Below, one piece after another: positions 35,349 through 49,300 of a stretch of 64,000 nucleotides of DNA. The notes below the pieces were generated by a model. It was not told the DNA's origin. It worked only from the letters and a program-made list of their open reading frames with translations, and did no database searches. How positions within the stretch are numbered: the stretch's first letter is position 1; each line of letters starts with the position of its first letter. The translations under genes and the position numbers were made by a program. The DNA lies in NCBI RefSeq assembly GCF_041956535.1, contig NW_027192198.1, positions 442,714 to 506,713 on the forward strand. The letters are read 5' to 3'. The DNA comes from Calcarisporiella thermophila CBS 279.70. Lineage: Eukaryota > Fungi > Calcarisporiellomycota.

Positions 35349-38300
35349 ATGTCCTCTGAACCACAAGCCCCCGAGAACACTGGCCCTCAGGAGCCTTCAC
35401 CGCCGCCACATGCGGCTGAGCCACCAGAACGTGCTATGTCAGAGACATCTTCGATTGTGGAAGAGCATGATTTCCGAGAAGGTGGCAAATCCGTTTTCGA
35501 GAAACCGTTTTATCGGCATAAACGCTACTGGGTTATTTGCCTGATTATCACCATCATTCTACTCGCAATATTTATTCCACTTATTATCTTCGTGTTTTTC
35601 CCTCTTATTACGCAATCTATCCTCAATAGCGCAAATCTAAGTGTGGATGAAGGAAATATCACTTCACCAGAACCCAGTAGCTTTGCGCTTTCCATGAATG
35701 CCCTATTTACAAATACAGGTATTTGTCTGCAATGTGCACGATGATCCATTATGAATCTTAATTTTGATTTTTGCTTCTGGCTTCCAATATTAAGGCCCAT
35801 TTGCTGCATCTATTGACTTCACAAGGCCAGTACAAGTCTCATGGAACGACACCTTACTAGGTTCATTTTCGCTCCCGCCTGTAAGCGTGTCTGGCGGAAG
35901 CGGTGTTCTGAATGCTACCACGAATTTTCAGATCGTTGACCCAACCATGTTCGCTAAATTTATCCAAAACATTAGTCAAGCGGAGGAATTCGTATGGCAC
36001 CTCTCCTCGAGTGCAAATGCCAAAGCCTTGGGTTTGTCAGCAAACAACCTTAAGATCGAAAAGGCAATTACATTAAAAGGTAATTGAAAACAAATTCGCT
36101 ATTATAATATCGAGAAATTTTCTAATATGGCTTGTGACCTTAAGGCCTTAATGGGCTCAAAAATACCACTATTCTATCCCTCGAATTACCGTCGGATGAT
36201 CCGGCCGGGGGAGCAAGAGCCAAAGTCGCGACAAAAATCATAAATCCCTCTCCATTGGGTGTTCAGTTGGGTAATATCAAGATAGATATGAGCTATAACG
36301 GCATTTTCCTTGGCCAGAGTATATATTTTTTTGCTTAATATATTTAAGTGCATGCTTTAACGTTTTTGGTGTTGCTCTAATAGCCGAAGCAAGTGGCGTA
36401 TTCCTTGGCGCTGGCACCAATTATCTAAATCTTACCGGTCGACTTATTCCTCACAATAATACAGCTGAGCTCGATGAACTCTCCAATATGTTTAGCGACT
36501 ATGTAGGAGGAAGATTAGTGTATGCTCAGGCGGTGATCGCGGACGCTAAGCCTGATGGGGTTAACAAAGTTTTATGGTTGACCGAGGGCCTAAAAACAAC
36601 CACGCTAAATGCGAGCTTACAAATTGCTCCACTCAATCTTATTCAGAATGTCGGGCTTCGTACTGCAAGATTTGAATTCTCTCCACAGACGCCATATTCA
36701 CCACTCCTCAGCTCGAACAATGTCTCGGCTGCCATTGCCAACCCGTTTGGAATTGCAATTAACATCAATGAAGTGAAGCAAAATATATCAATCGCGCGTG
36801 CAGGATTCGATCCACTCGCAGACGTTATGACCGATTTTGGAGTCGCAGTTCCAGGGGGCAAACCCGGGGATATAATGCTATCCATCCCCCCATCTCCATT
36901 GAAGCTCAGAGCTGGAAAGGAAGCAGAGTTTGAGGATTTACTAAAGAATCTAACTCTCGGAAACAGCACGATGGCGACACTGGCGGGTAATGCAACAGCG
37001 AAAATCAATATTTCGATAGGGCAGCTAACGCTTAAACAAGTGAAATTCTCAAGCAATGTGACCCTTTACGGTAATGTGAATTAAATTAATGAATTTCCAA
37101 CTATCTCTGGAGGTTAAACTATAAAATCTCTAATTCTAACGTTTATACCCAACAGGTCTTCAAGGATTGAAAAATCCTCCACCAGTTATTTCTGGCATTG
37201 ACCTTGTCGGAGGAACCCCGGAGGGCCTCGATCTCGTTATTAATTCGAGTATTACCAATCCAAGTAACCTCGAAATTGCTCTCAATTCGGATGTTTTGCT
37301 GCGTATTGATTATCAAGTGAGGCCTCTTTTTCACAGTTATGGTAGTATCTAAACTTATATTTATCCTCTCGTTTTTTTCTGTTAGAATATCCCTATCTCA
37401 AATTCCACCTTGATTCGTAATTTGACGCTGCGAATTGGACCAAATGAGCTCCCGGGCTACAATAAATTAGACGTCAATGCTACACCTCAGGGCAAGGATC
37501 TTCTTGAAAAATTTCTCGCTGGGACAAATAACACAGTTCTTCTGGGTGGTCTCCAGGATTCAACCCAAATTGTGTCGATAAATCCCGCCTTTTCTTTGAT
37601 TGGCGTTGATGTTATCCTCCCTGGTCTCAAGGACAAGCTGCTTAAATATGGTATGCTTCGTATACATCCCGAAACACCAGAAACAACTATTGCGACTGCA
37701 ATAGTTGTTATGGCGAATCCATTCACCGCTACGTTGGACTTGACCAAGATTGTCGCAACTATTGATGCTTATGGCGTGCCTCTGGGTTTCATCGATGTGG
37801 AACGGTCATCGAATCCTTTGCGAGCCATCGGAAAATCCGACTCTTTTCTCGAATTGCCGGTTAGACTGAATCTGGATCCGAGCGCCCTTATTGTCCTATT
37901 TCGACAGAGTGCCAAGGCTAAGGGCCTTGATTTAACACAACTCGATACATTGTTGGAGTTGGGTGGAATAAAGGTAGAGGACTCGAATGCTATACCGATC
38001 TCTCGACGGCTCGCTAGACGCAACATATTTGACGGGTTCAATATTGTTGATTTTACAAAGAGCGCAATCAAAACAATTCCTACCGACAATCACCTTGAGG
38101 CCACTTCGAATATCGGATCCTACACATCGACTTTCAGATATAATCAATCTGACGTCATAGTGAAGACAGACGATAGCGTGGTGATATTACTTCCTATAGT
38201 AGGAAATCCAATCGTGCAGACTATCGTAAACAATGCGAAGCTCAATATCGAAAGCGTGCTTATCACAGACCCTACAAATTCACGTTTTAAGGCACATTTC

Positions 38301-41300
38301 AAAGGTTCAATCACTAATGTTGGCCCTTTCTCTGCAAAGATACACCTCAATAAGCCATTGACAATCAGCTGGAAAGGCAAAAAACTTGTAAGTGCAAATC
38401 TACCTGATATAACTTCCGAGCCAGACGTTGGAGCGATTATCGATGTCGATTCAGATGCAACAATTCTTGACGTAGCCGCGAACGAAGAGTTCACCAAAGC
38501 TTTGCTCAACGAAGCAACATTCGATTGGCAGATCTATGCGGAAGACATCTCGGTTACCGCCCTTGGATTTACTTTTTCTGGGATCTACATGGACAAGTCC
38601 GTCAGCCTTAAGGGTTTCAACGGCTTACGTGAAGGTACAGCTATCAAAAATTTTGACGTCCCAGGTCTCGATCCTGCTGGAGGGTTCCATACTGATATCG
38701 TGGTCGGGTTAAACAACCCAAGCAATGTTGGCATGAGAGCACAGGGATTGAACTTTAACGCCTATTTTAATGGGATCCTTCTCGCTGAGTTTGGCGCAAA
38801 AGATCAAGTAATCCTTCCACTCAAGCCTAGTGAACTTCATCTCAGTGGCCGCCTTCTTCCGCAGACATCACAAGAAGGTTTGGAAAGCGTGTCTAAAGTA
38901 GTTAACAATCTGCTCACTGGAGCCGATACCCCGTTGACTGGAATCGGCGTGGATGCGTTCGGGCCGGAGGGACGTGTAGACTGGCTCTCGTCCGCATTCC
39001 AGTCGCTGAAGCTGGAGCTTATCCTTCCCGGGATCCAAAACTTTAATGCATTAAACAGCATTTCACTGCTTAATACAGAACTGGTTCTAACCAAAGAGAC
39101 GGCCTATTCACCCATCTTCTCCTCTACGGATGTATTTGCTACCTTCAGTTTACCATTCAACGTACCCGTCGATATTACGCAAAATGCACCGACCTTTACG
39201 GCAAGATATATGGGCCGGGATATGGCATCCATTAAATCAGGCTATGTACCAGTGGTGACGGATCCCCGCCCAGGCGGTGGGTCATTGCATACAATATTGA
39301 GTCCGGCACCATTAATGGTTTTACCAGGATCTCGCGATTTATTCAACAAGTTCTTGACCCAATTAACCGTCTCAGCTTCAGTGGAATTAGAGTTTATCGG
39401 AACAATTGATCTGGTTGCAAACTCGGCGGTTGGTGTGCTCACCCTTTATAAACTTCCAGTGCAGGTCAAGTCGAGTATCCCAGGTACATTCAAATAGCTC
39501 AAAGTAATTAAACAAGTAGAACTAACTCTAGAGCTGATTTATAATAGGTTTACAAGGTCTTGTGGCAAGACCCTCTGTCATTGAGAGCGTAGACGTGGTT
39601 GGTGGCACTCGCGACACTCTAATGAGTGAGACAATACATTATGTGTACAACCCAAGCAACAACACTGCTACGCTAGGTGATATCAGCCTCGATGTCCTTT
39701 ACGAAGACGCCAAAATTGGATATGCTCTCATAAAAGGCTTCAAGGTAGTCCCCGGCCTCAATCGTGTTCAAGTTTCGCTCGGTCTCACTGCAAAAAATGG
39801 AGGCAATTTTGAAAAACTGGTTGCGTTGCTAAACGCATTTATCTCTAATCAGCAGCCCTTGGCATCAGTAAAAGGAACTACTTCATCAACAGATATTGAA
39901 TCGCTCAAGGAAGCTGTCAGTCAGCTCGTCCTTTCATCGAAGCTACCGGCAGTGAGCAACCTAGTTGCACTCGTCAAAATTCGTATTCTATTGTCCACCT
40001 TGCTAGATCGCATTGCCCAAGCGAGTGTGGTCATTAACAACCAATTTTCTGCACCTATCTCGATTCTTACGGTTGACGGAAAGGCTTTTTACCGCGAACT
40101 TTACCTCGGATATATCAACGTGGATCTTCAAAGCAGACCTCTGATTGCACCTGGCAAATCGAATTTCACAAGTCCATTTTTGCCGCTCAATTTTGAGCTG
40201 CTGCGACATCCTCTTCAAGCGATTAAGCTTGTACTTTACTTAGTTCAGGACAGTGGGGTGGTGCCGGGCCCCTTGAAGCCACTGCTTGACTCTGTGCTTA
40301 ACCTTTCATTCTTCCAGAAGCGTGATCTCATCTCCGAGGATCAAGAGCAACTATATTACCACCTACATGACTTGCATAAGCGTGGTTTAATAGGGGAGCT
40401 TGTCTCAGTTGTAGGACGTATTCTTGACGCACTCAAAGTCGACTTACAACTCAATACTAAAGCTCAAATCGGAGAGTTTGTTGTCCCACTCTCAATTGTG
40501 CAACGTGGGGTACCTGCAAGACTGGATGACACCCTCTTCCAGATACTGCAAATGGTCGTTGGTCCTGTAATGCAGGGAATTGCAGATACTGCCGATATTA
40601 AGATTAATCAGGCTATAGTCAGTAATATCCAGCCGGGCGGTTTCCAACTTTCATTCACAGGAGAAGCAGATAAAGTACCACCGTTGCCGGCGACTTTTCA
40701 TTTTACATCGCCCGTCTTCGTTAGCTGGCAAGGAAGGCAAATCGGTTTCCTACCCCCGTTGCCTGACATCGAATCTAAACCATTTAGTGGAGCCTCATTC
40801 ACCGTGCAAACAATTTTCCAGATTACTGATCCTAGTGCGTTCCAAGATTTCCAAAATTCGCAACTGCAGAAACCTGGAGCTCCATTCACTTGGCATATTG
40901 AGAGCGAGGGAGTGCAAATCATCATTTTTGGGTTCACTGTAAACAATATCTTAATGAGGAAAGAAGTGTTGGTAAACGGTGGGTTGAATTTTTCTCGTAA
41001 CTGAAGAGGATAAAGTATACTGAAAATCTTCGTTCCTCATTTAGGATTGTATGGATTAGTGAGCCCTCAACCGCAGGATATGCAAGCTGCCGTTGCTAAA
41101 TCACCCCAACAAAACTCGGTTCCTCAGGGAAATATGGCTAATTCGCCGCCTCTTTCTCCCAACGCAAACGGCGCAAAAGTGCCGGCTATATTGCCCAATT
41201 ATTCGCCTCAAAAGCCCCCGCAACAACAACAACAACAACAACAATTCCCTTTGCGACCGCAGTCTAACCCGCAACTACCCCCCTCAAGGGCTGGAGCTCC

Positions 41301-41508
41301 AAACCGTGATGCCCAGGAACCTCCGCAATCTAGCACATCTTCGTCCTCATCTGCGCCGCCCGATTCGGGTATGGCACCGCAGGAGTCTAGACATATGTTC
41401 TCGGTAGGCGGACAACCTACATCAAACTCTACGTCAACATGGCTATCGCTTGTTAATGGAATTTCACAGATGTTCCAGAACGTGAAATCGAACCATAAGA
41501 AGCGATGA
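35349..41508 (+). CDS. Giant (~1,890 aa) single-pass membrane protein with tandem DUF3712/Tag1-like (LEA_2-like) modules
   Basis: Eight exons. N-terminal cytosolic tail, one TM after KPFYRHKRYW, then repeated GPFxAxIxF..PxxVSW...F.W...K.V.L.GLxGL and NPS..../NPF... beta-rich units; low-complexity Q/P/S C-terminus. Confidence 0.85.
41221..41244. repeat. (CAA)8 microsatellite encoding polyQ
   Basis: Eight perfect CAA copies in the last exon of the giant membrane protein gene. Confidence 0.9.
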
Positions 41509-43184
41509 TACGTTTTTGAAATTAGACAGATTTTGTATAGACGTGTATTTTATTGGAACATAGGTGTATGTGAAGTAGATATATTTAATTGACGCTTGTG
41601 CGTGATGTTCAATCGCATTGGTATTATTCTTCCTTAGATGTCAGCTCCAATTACATCATGAGTCTTCAGGGATTAATCATGATGTAACTTACAATCCTCC
41701 AAAACGCTAAACTTAGGAACAACTATTCCATATTGGGAAATTACGGACTCAATTCTTATTAAGTGATGATAAAATTGAGGTATACATTGAATAAAAACCT
41801 ATCACATCATCAGCATCAAGATAAATGGAAACGGCGTCCATTTTTGGATAACTGACTTCAAGCTGGCGTTGGGAGTCAATTGGGTATTTCCTGGTTGAGA
41901 GAAAAATAATGTTTGATACGATAACGTGTTTGTAAAGGCATTACACTTGAGAATGATAATTCATTTTATATTTTAGGGTATTAATTGAAGAGCATATTAC
42001 TGACAATATTCTGTTGCAAACGTATCAGATCGAAAATAAGGAAATTATCAGGTGATCCTATGGATTCAGGAATAAACTTGTGCTTGGCTAATATCAATAA
42101 TATTAATAATCAGTTAAACAATATCAATATTATAGCAATTCAATGGAGAAGTGTTTGATCTCAGGATGTACAGATTACAATGAGCCCGTTGTAAATTGTA
42201 GGTAAAGATCTACTTCTGAGCCAGTAGCGTATTGGACTCCGAATATTCTGGAAAGGAATCCTGATGTAAGGGCGTATTTATACTTTAATTTTGGAGTTTA
42301 AAGTACAAACTCAATAATTATTTAAGCGGTCTCTCCAAGAATAGTTTAGGATATTTTGCATTACAACATGGGATTCAAGATATTATGTATTTAGTTCCTG
42401 ATGATAGAGATAGCATTCTAATCACGTTTAAAGCTCTTAATCAGGGACAACCGTTTTGTTGCTATAGTAAAAGGTACACCTGTGCACGAGGCGAACTTTA
42501 GAAAGAGCCCAGACATCGAAACATGCACATTGCATTATTATCCTGTAAACTATGCAAAATAAAATTCAGGCGCTGACAGTAATGGTTCTCTGTCGGAGTG
42601 CTTATCCATATTGATAATAGATGATTAGGGAGTTTCTCCGTTTATTAGAGTCTCAGTGGGAGAAAATTTTTTGTAACTTCATCCAATTGCTAATGTTCTA
42701 GCAAAAATCCTATTCAAAAGCCATCCCATTTGTATTTTATTTTCAAGAACAACACAATCGCGGGCATGGACGGTAAGGACGTTCGAAACTATACATAATA
42801 GAGGGTAAACCGCCCAATATATTAGCTGAAACTATTTGATGCTGATACCTCTTCAAAGGGTTGAAGATCTGTCCCAACTAATGCAGTCACATCTGCACAA
42901 ACGTCAAATTTAAGTATTATAAATGATTCATGAGTCTTCGGCGTCAAGTTATTTTAATTTTTTCCCCGCAAGTACCTCACCCTCTTCCATTATTCTTATT
43001 AGTTTTTAGGCATCTCTCTTTTTCCCCTTCTCTTCTCTGTCGTCATTCAACTTATCTTTTGCTTATTCCCCCTAACTTTTCCGCCTCTTTGATTATAACA
43101 GCTATTTTTTTTTGTTTTTGTTTTATTTCATTTTATCTTATCTTTCACCAACACCATCTTTTTCTATTTGAATTATTAATCAAA

Positions 43185-45616
43185 ATGACTGAAGCTGAAG
43201 TGGACGTATTTGCCAATGCCTTAGAGTACTACACAAGTGGTGATAACCGTGTTAACAGATGGAGAACCCTAAGTGTCGTAAGTGTGATTTTCTAAATTCT
43301 TAGATAAAATATCCATTATTGCATAAACATTCTTTGGGTTGTGGCTTGAAATCAATTCAATGATTACTTCTCCTAACAGGCTAACAAAGGAGCAGCCCCC
43401 GGACAAGGCAATGGGCGTTCTGTCGAGGAGCCCTTCCGTCGTCGTCGCCGCGCATCTCATGGTAAGTTAGTTTGTTGACTCAGTCTTGCTGGTCATGGTT
43501 GAGATTTTTCTTTATAACTTTATCCTTTTTATCAGATGATAAAAACAAGCCTCGAAAGTTTTTGATCGATGTTGAAGAGACAAAGCGCATCATCCTTGAA
43601 CAAGAGGATACCGATGGTGATTTTCAAATCACCATTCATGATGCCGGTCCAAAAACTCTACCTGTAGGAACAGCTGATTCGGGCGGATACCGCAAATATG
43701 AAATCCGGGGCACCTATATGTTATCTAATCTGCTACAAGAGCTGGCCTTAGCAAATGATTGTATGTTCTTTCAACTTACAGAAAGCTCGTATTGTTAATG
43801 ATTTTTTATTGTGTTTTTATAGATGGACGTAAATACATTGTGTTAGATGAAGCACGGCTCAATGAGAATCCTGTAGACCGCCTTTCTCGAATGATTCGCC
43901 ACCATTTCTGGGATGGGCTTACCCGTCGAATTGACGCTGATGGTCTAGAGATCATCTGTGCCGATCCCAAAAATCGCACTGGAAATCGTACCCCTCGCAT
44001 CTATGTTCCCTATGACGATACCGAGGCATACAAGTATTACAAATTGGTTGCTGAGAGCAGAAAGCACTTGAATCTTGATGTACAGCGCTTGCCTAAAGAT
44101 ATAACTCCCGAGTATGTTAAAAGTATCAATGATAGACCAGGAATTCTTGCGCTTGCTATGCGTCAGAGCGTAGATAAGGATGGAAATCCTACGCTTCGCG
44201 GAGTGCCCTTTGTAGTCCCGGGTGGCCGCTTTAACGAAATGTATGGATGGGACTCGTATTTCGAGGCACTGGGCCTACTTGCCGATGGGCGTATAGAACT
44301 TGCGCGAGATATGGTTGATAACTTCGTATACGAAATTAAACACTACGGCAAAATCTTGAACGCTAACCGTAGCTATTACCTCACTCGTACGCAACCTCCA
44401 TTCCTGACTGATATGGCGCTCAAGGTATATCATCGGCTTAACACTGCAATCGAGGCAGAAAATAAAGAATGGTTGGCAGTTGTGATACTTGCGGCGATCA
44501 AGGAGTATCTTAATGTATGGATGTCACCCCCGCGCCTAGACCCCAAAACTGGACTCAGCCGATACCACTGTACTGGTATTGGTATGCCGCCGGAAACAGA
44601 AGCATCTCATTTTGATCACATTATTGAGCCCTATGCCCAAGCGCTTGGCCTTACAATTAAGGAATATGCATCGAAGTATAACTCAGGCGAGATCAAGGAG
44701 CCAAAGCTTGACGAGTATTTTGTCCACGATCGTGCAGTGAGAGAATCTGGCCACGATACTACTTATCGGTTGGAGAAGCGATGTGCACATCTTGGCACCA
44801 TCGATCTGCAGTGTCTCCTCTATAAATACGAAATAGATATCGCCGAGACTATTCGCGACCTCTTTGACGATTCTCTTACCTCGGAAGATGGCACAGTACA
44901 TCATAGCGAGGAGTGGTTTGCGCGTGCGAAGCATCGTCGTAGCATGATTGATAAATACTGCTGGAACGAAGAGAAGAGCATGTATTTTGATTATAATACG
45001 CAGACCGGTGAGCAATCTACTTACGAGAGCGTGACTACCTTCTGGACATTGTGGGCTGAATGTGCCTCACCTGAAAAGGCCGAGCGCATGATCGCTAACT
45101 CCCTCCACAAATTCGAGGTCCTTGGTGGTCTCGTATGTGGAACCGAAGAGTCGCGAGGACAAATCTCCCTAGATCGACCCAACCGCCAATGGGATTACCC
45201 ATTTGGATGGGCACCTCATCAAATCATGGCATGGACTGGCTTTTCCAACTACAACTACCATGATATCACCAAACGCCTTGCCTACCGCTGGCTTTACACC
45301 ATTACTAAATCTTTTGTTGACTTTAACGGCGTTGTACCGGAGAAATTCGACGTTGTCAATCTTACCCACAAGGTTAAGGTTGAATATGGTAATGTTGGAG
45401 TAGACTTCAAATTCGTGCCACGTGAAGGTTGGTAGATTTACCCCCATTCCCAAGTAGTGTATACATTATTAACTTTTCTCTTTTTGTTTGTATTTGATAA
45501 TAGGATTCGGGTGGATGAATAGCAGCTATAATATAGGTCTTGAATATCTTTCAACTCATATGCGTCGCGCCCTTGGTGCCATTACTAGCCCTGAAGTGTT
45601 TTTTAAGGAAAAATAA
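43185..45616 (+). CDS. NTH1: Neutral trehalase (GH37)
   Basis: RRRRASH PKA-type site, [14 protein letters not shown] Ca-binding motif, [63 protein letters not shown]. Confidence 0.97.
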
Positions 45617-46300
45617 ATCGATGTCCAGATGGAGAAGCCATATGGGTATTTGCACTGTGTCCCTTATACTTTTTTTTTTAAGAAAAGTGGACGTGTTAAT
45701 TTTTGCATTTCATTATTTTTATTCTTGCATGAGGTCTATATATTGTGATATGTATCTCCCCTTTCTTCATTATTTCCCACTGTTTTTCAAAGTTCCTCAA
45801 ATGGCGAACTATGCCTACAGATCTCCTCACTCTTTCTCTGAGAATTTTGTTGTAACTTTTTCTCTTATTACCTTTTTTTTTTGTTTTTCGACTCATCTAT
45901 GTAAAATCCATTGGGATTTAGGATGGAAATTTCGCTGCGCTGCAACAAACACTCTCCCATTTTGAATATAAGAAGTCTTTACCGAATGATTGGGATATAT
46001 TTTATATTTTGGTGCTTATAATTATATATGATATTATATAATCGGATTTGGAAATATGGGATATTTTTGAATAAATTTATTATTTTTAAGGTATGTTCCT
46101 ATTTTTTTATATATATTGACCCTACTTAAATCATACAGAAAATAAAATAACAAATATAGACGAATTTTATCTTCAATGCAAGAACAAATAGGAGAAAAAG
46201 TAAAATCAAATAAACCACTCAAAAGCGCAAGTCGAGTACTGTAATCCGACAAAAGAAAAAAATAAAAATAAAAATATAATAAGCTTCTCGCGTAAAGATT

Positions 46301-49300
46301 TCATGATTGTTCTCCTGCTCCTTCCGGTTCGGCTTTCACTTCCTGTGGAATATCGGATCGTTCTTCCGCCACATTTCCTTGTACTTGTGACTTTCCCGAT
46401 GATTCGGCGGAGAGAGGATTAGAGGGGTGTGTAACTGAAGCTTTTTCTTGTTCCTCGTTATTTTTCTCTCCTTGTTCCTCTTTGTTACCACTTTTCTCAA
46501 CAGACATATCCTCTCCAACGCTTTCTTCATTTAGAGGTACTTCTTCCTTCTTCACCTCAACCTCCATCATTTTGTTTTCTTCTTCTTTCTCCCTCTCCTT
46601 TTCTTCGGCTTCCATTCGCTGCCGCTCCTCTTTCTCTTTCTTCTCTTTCTCTTCTCTCTCTTTCTCCTCCAGCTCTCTTCGCTCTCGCTCTCGCTCTTCA
46701 GCTTGGCGTCTCTCAATCTCTTCAAGTCTGCTGGCTCTCCACCGCCTCCATCTCTTCACGCGCGAATCAGTCTCCTTTTTCAAAAATGAAATAGAAGGCC
46801 GCAAAGTAATGAAAAAGTCCTCTCCACCAGCTATAAAGGCAATACGATAGGTGTCCGGGCAAATTGCAAACGCAAGTTCATAGTTTGTTTGATGAGGAGG
46901 TTCAGCAGAACTTAAAGTTCTAGAGCGGTAAAAAAAAGGGATAAATTGTTAATTATATGAAAAATTGAGATCATTATTAAATTTTTTTTTACCGCTTCAA
47001 AAATGGACCCTTTGCAATGTTCAATTTTGTCTCCGTTGGCTGCTGAAGTACATAGTTGTTCAAGTATTGATTGAAAGCAGCGGAGTCTTCCAGTACTTTA
47101 TCCACAGTTTCTGACTCGCGATCCAAAAGTTGTACAGTAAGTACACCACAATTTCGAATCTAACACAAGCAAAATAGGTTGAATATCAGCTTTTCTAAAT
47201 GGGAGGGGGAGGGGCAAATCAAAACTCACATATTGAATATGATAGAGATAGCGTTCCCGAGTCGTAATTGATTTCTCGGTTGACCGTCGATACGACACTA
47301 ATCGTTCTATATGACTTGGGCATGTACTATCCTCAATTTGAGACCTGTATTGCTCAAACAATGTCCAGAGTTCTTTCTCTTTGCCAGTGCCGATTATGTG
47401 AGTCGTCTATTGTGCCAAAAAAAGTTAGATGAGCCTAGGGCTGAACGCAAAAACTATCACTAAATACCACTGAAATGGCATTTTCGACTATTCGTCGAAT
47501 ATAATAAAGGCAATATGCTCTGTTTCCAAAGATATCACGAAGCCGCTCTTCGAAAGTAACACTTCCAATACTACTCTGGAAGTAGCGAGTAAGCAAATGG
47601 ATCAATTTGTCCCGAGGTCCAGAGGCATCCGGGTGTTTAGCTAGTGCGAAAAAGAAGAAATTAGAAGATAAAATATAAACAAATATAATGTGCCTAATAA
47701 ACTATAAATTATAATGTATAAAGTCTACTAACCATTCAATTGCCGGTTCAAAACTCCTAGTCCTACTGCTGTTTGATCTGAAGCTGCGGAATACAGACCA
47801 TGTCCCCCAAAACATGCAGCGACTTCTTGTAGCCGTGAATAGATAATCTGAATATAGCGGATCAAACAGTAATATAGAGACCCGCTGAAGAGGTGGCGAA
47901 TGCTGCTGCGTAGATTATCGCGTAGAGAGTAACTCCGTGACATATCTGCATCATCTACCTGCATCGAGTCTCGCCCATCGGCCATTGCCGAAATTGACAC
48001 TTGGTCTGATAACGCCCCAGAGTCGTCAATGTAATTCCGTAGGAGAGCTTCGCGGCGGTAATCATGCGTATCAGTCCGTATCCGTCCAGTAGCAACTTCT
48101 TCTAACTCCGAGGCAGGTGATCTACCGTATTCCTCTTCGGCACCTCCAATTGTACCCCCACCGATTTCATCGTCGTCCCCCTCCTCTGTATCCTTCCTAT
48201 CAGCAGATCGATCTAAAAATAGCGTGAATACTTCGTTTAAGAACTCTTTGACTCGCTCTCTATCCGAGGTTGGTAGATCATCGTCTTTATCGGCGAAGAG
48301 AATAAGGATCTCCTGCACAAGCGCTAGAATATCTGTGTCATCCAATGTATAAACAATGTGGGGACGGTCTCGAACTGGAAGAGGGTAGGGGGAATTAACA
48401 CGCCGTTTTGTATAAGCGTTCTCAATCTCTTTCAGGAGAGCCTCATCTGTGACATAATGCGAGTCATGGAACTTGATGTTACTGCCTTGATTATCTAGTG
48501 CCCGATAATAATTATTCGAATCAATTTCCCGCCAGACTTTGTTCCATTCACGCTTAAAAACAATAGGAAAAAAAAGGTTACTATACCATAAGCAGGAAAG
48601 AATTATAAATTACATACTTGACTCCGTTTCCATTCTTCATCTTTTTGCCTTAATCTTTTAAGCACAACCGGAACTGTGACTGCAGGATTGTTATGCAGAG
48701 CATCGATAATCTCAAGCCCCGCAGCGTTCCCATATATTTTCTTTATAATTCGCTGATAGATCGTTCGTGATGGTCCGCCTAATCCTTCTGGTAATTTGAA
48801 CTGCCCTCGCTCCTCTGGGGTCATTGTAGCAATCTTCTTAGCAATGGGCTCGAGCAGTCCAATTGTGTTGAGATTTGCTTCTATATTAAGGTCATGCTCG
48901 TAACGCTCGTCTTCACATTTGTGAAGTGCAAGTTCAAACTGATTCTTTCTGAATATGAATTGATTAGCGCTAGTCCAGGAAGGGTGGACGGCCCAGTCAT
49001 TGTTCAACACCTCTTTGCAAAGGTCATCCCGGCCAGAGCATAAGCCATTGCGGTACTAAAAATATAGGTGAGTATGAGTATGAGCGAATTTATGCGAGCA
49101 AATTGAATATACCACCTCTGGTGCCAATAAACGATAGCTTGGTGTGCCAATTTCTTCCGGAACCACAAACCGCTCCTCCTTTTCCATCACAGTGTTCTCT
49201 ATCACAACATCTCGCTCTTCATATCCAACAAACGACTTGAACCAGTCAAAAAGCGCTTGATTGTCCCCAATAAATGTGCTCACATTTATCATTAGTGTGT

